A stretch of DNA of 64,000 nucleotides from an uncultured Verrucomicrobiae bacterium (lineage in GTDB: Bacteria; Verrucomicrobiota; Verrucomicrobiia; Palsa-1439): NCBI GenBank assembly GCA_963812605.1, contig CAWEWF010000008.1, positions 32,001-96,000 on the forward strand, written 5' to 3'. Positions 61,830-64,000 of this stretch are shown here, piece after piece. The translations under genes and the position numbers were made by a program. Below the pieces are notes generated by a model, which saw only the letters and a program-made list of their open reading frames with translations, was not told where the DNA came from and made no database searches. Position 1 is the stretch's first letter; every line of letters starts with the position of its first letter.

Positions 61830-63128
61830 TCATGGCAGTTGTCGGACCCGGTAGAAGCGCTGGCTCTGCGCACTGGCCGTCGGATCGATCACTATCACCG
61901 CCCCACCAGTCCCCGGTACGTTATTGGTCAACAATGTCCAATTTGGAGTGGCTAGGTCATGGGTCATCTCCGCGCGATAGAACTGCTTGGACACCGTCGT
62001 GAAACTGAGTTGCAAGGTCCCACCAACAAATCCGAGCGTGGTGACCTGCGGACGGATTGGCAGTACAATGTAATTGGTGTAGGAGCCTATCTGGGCCATC
62101 AAGCTGTCCGTCCCTCCGTAAGCGACACCGGCGTGGCTGAGGATCTCCTGCTCCGTGAATAGCGACACTTGAGTACCGTAGCCGAGCAATACCGCCTCGA
62201 GCGCCATGTTCGCGAAGAGACCCTGGATCGTCGTGTGTGGATGCGCCCCGTCCGCAACAAAGGCGGCAGTCCGGTTAGGACTGTTGGTGGGATTGGAATC
62301 CGATTGCTGCAGGTGAATGGCGACATTGCCGATGTAGAGCACGGATTGCAGGTTCGTATTCGAGCCGAAGATGACCTTCTGCAACCGGAAGGCATCGACC
62401 AGCGGCACCTGCCATTTTTGCGCAAGGTAGACCAGTCCGCTGTTCACCTGTCCGATCACGGCCGAGACCTGCTCGCGTTTGCTGCCATTCGTATAGAAGA
62501 AGTTGTTGTAGACGGCCGGAGTCTTGCCGTAGTCGAGGACATTGAATATCACCATGTCCACGCCGGTGGTCACGACGGTCGCCAGCGCGGTCTCGATGTT
62601 GGTAAGGGTCTGCGCTACATAATTGCTGATTTGCGCCGACGACCAGGAGCCATTGTAGACCGGGTTGTACGCTGAACTCGGGTAGGACAGGAAGTCGGGG
62701 TTGAAATCATTCGCGCCGATGGCTAGTACGGTGTGGGTGATGCCGAAGGGAACCACCTGCGCAGCCAGTCCGGTATCCTGTCCGTCAGAAAGAAGGTTTG
62801 CGGATGTGTCCCCAGATAACGCCCAGTTGAACTCGTAGCCCGTGCGCCGCGGACTGCCCCAGGTGCCGCCGGGCTGGCCCGCAGCCGCAGCGGTCGGACC
62901 GACATTTACGCCACGATACACAACCAATTGCTGCACCCAGTTCGTCGCGTAGCTTCCGTATGTTTCCTCGAAGTATTCATCGCTAAGGCTGTCTCCCATC
63001 ACCCCGAGTGCGCCGATCTGTGCATTAGCAGACGTGAGTGCGCCGAGCGCCAACACGAGGATTGCCAACAAGATCCGGCAGGTCATGGTCGCCACAGATG
63101 TCTCCAGAACCTCTCGCCTACGCCGCAT
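61830..63128 (-). CDS. SGNH/GDSL hydrolase with C-terminal FYR domain
   Basis: Signal peptide; GDSLSD, GAND, DGAHP; ends QRFYRVRQLP. Confidence 0.85.
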   Translation of the reverse strand: MRRRREVLETSVATMTCRILLAILVLALGALTSANAQIGALGVMGDSLSDEYFEETYGSYATNWVQQLVVYRGVNVGPTAAAAGQPGGTWGSPRRTGYEFNWALSGDTSANLLSDGQDTGLAAQVVPFGITHTVLAIGANDFNPDFLSYPSSAYNPVYNGSWSSAQISNYVAQTLTNIETALATVVTTGVDMVIFNVLDYGKTPAVYNNFFYTNGSKREQVSAVIGQVNSGLVYLAQKWQVPLVDAFRLQKVIFGSNTNLQSVLYIGNVAIHLQQSDSNPTNSPNRTAAFVADGAHPHTTIQGLFANMALEAVLLGYGTQVSLFTEQEILSHAGVAYGGTDSLMAQIGSYTNYIVLPIRPQVTTLGFVGGTLQLSFTTVSKQFYRAEMTHDLATPNWTLLTNNVPGTGGAVIVIDPTASAQSQRFYRVRQLP

Positions 63129-63361
63129 GGGAGGATTTTACAGGAGACCCATCCCCGACGCAACGACGGCAATCTCACTGTTGCGTGTTACCGGCCCTTG
63201 GTGTCGCGATCAACCTTCGGTCGTCTGAGTCCTATCCGTAATGCAACTTCGGCTCCTCGCAAAGTTCCGGATGTCGTTCCTTGAGCTGTACCGGCTGCTC
63301 AAAGAGGTGTTCGGTCACCGCGACGAAAAACCCGGCGGGATTGGTCGCCCCGTACTTGCCG

Positions 63362-63450
63362 AGCAACGTCGCGCGGATGACGGCGAAGACCTACACTGAT
63401 GCAACTCGTCTGCCGACGGCTTCGGCGATCGATCTGTTGCCAAGCTTTGG
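63362..63450 (+). pseudogene. C-terminal remnant of a tyrosine integrase
   Basis: RMTAKTYTDATRLPTASAIDLLP resembles the box-II tail with catalytic Tyr; adjacent to arm repeats and a tRNA fragment. Confidence 0.55.
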
Positions 63451-63457
63451 CCCTGCA

Positions 63458-63699
63458 GGCTCACAACTGGGCTCACAAGATTTAGGCGCAGCCTGTCACG
63501 GCGGGTCATCGTCAGTCACAGCAAAGGAAGATGTGGACAGAGGCAAGGTGCTCACCGGCAATGCCTAGTGTCGCAATCTGTCATCAGCAGTCGCAATGGG
63601 TCACAGCCGGGGAATGGCTGCCTCGCCAGGACTCGAACCTAGATGTTTTTCAATACCGGCTTGACCGGATTCGGCTCCGTCCCACAAATAGGCCCACAA
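63458..63699. mobile_element. attP-like site: tRNA 3' fragment flanked by paired arm-type repeats
   Basis: GGCTCACAA at 63458 and 63470; GTCCCACAA at 63679 and GGCCCACAA at 63691; both pairs 12 bp apart. Confidence 0.6.
63615..63642 (-). pseudogene. 3' fragment of a tRNA (probably tRNA-Gln), att core
   Basis: Minus strand CTAGG-TTCGAGT-CCTGG-CGAGGCA-G-CCA. Confidence 0.8.
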
Positions 63700-63800
63700 G
63701 AATTGGGCGCGGGGTGGCACAGTGATCCCCTCCCAAATTACGATTGATTCAGTGATTCCGCGCTATTTGCGCTCGCACAAGTTTTTACACAGTAGTGTCG

Positions 63801-63860
63801 GCCTAACCATGCGCTGCAGCGAACGGCGCTCCGCGCCATCGCTGAGCTTTCGCGTTAGTC
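63801..63860 (+). mobile_element. Integron attC site (59-be)
   Basis: R'' GCCTAAC, L'' GCTGCAGC, inner hairpin, L' GCTGAGC, R' GTTAGTC; 60 bp. Confidence 0.75.
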
Positions 63861-64000
63861 ACCGGGGGCCAACTTGACACATGACATCCTCGAATTGGTC
63901 TTGCGGGCGACGCGTTCGGGCGCGAGAACCAGCCAGTGTGGCGCCCCTACTTTGCCGGTGATTGCTGCAGCAGCCGCAGGCCGGTCACCAGCGGCGGGAA

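Noticed and set aside
1-64000. CRISPR array or cas genes
   Set aside because: No run of identical 25-45 bp repeats with unique spacers was seen. Repeats are REP-like hairpins or coding repeats.

Overview
GC-rich bacterial DNA, most likely Verrucomicrobiota (PVC). This is inferred from PEP-CTERM proteins, a DUF1559/H-X9-DG-type pseudopilin, a PVC-type Ser/Thr kinase-WD40 protein, TMTC-like TPR proteins and Thr/Asn-rich exported proteins. At least 14 genes have small frame breaks with both halves intact, which looks like long-read indel error, so I annotate them as single CDSs. Layout: (1) 1-11 kb, an oxidoreductase/detoxification cluster with recombination scars. (2) 11-16.7 kb, miscellaneous genes separated by REP-like hairpins, including a Schlafen/AlbA_2-TM gene. 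(3) 16.7-50.2 kb, a LacI-controlled locus without SusC/D, probably for beta-1,3/1,6-glucan. It holds GH149-, GH30-, GH50-, GH55-, GH16- and GH2-like enzymes, a sugar ABC transporter, a pseudopilin and five paralogous CBM-like proteins with three different anchors. Eight copies of a TGCAAWCNTTTGCA operator are visible; six form pairs 157-159 bp apart at three promoters of identical geometry. (4) 50.3-64 kb, an accessory region with integration scars: a tRNA-Ser 5' half, a degenerate tRNA-like echo, an integrase tail with an attP-like tRNA-Gln fragment, and an attC site. The best candidate for an undescribed system is the loop-regulated glycan-capture regulon together with its recurrent C-terminal 'FYR' domain. 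All family assignments come from motif recall, not database searches.
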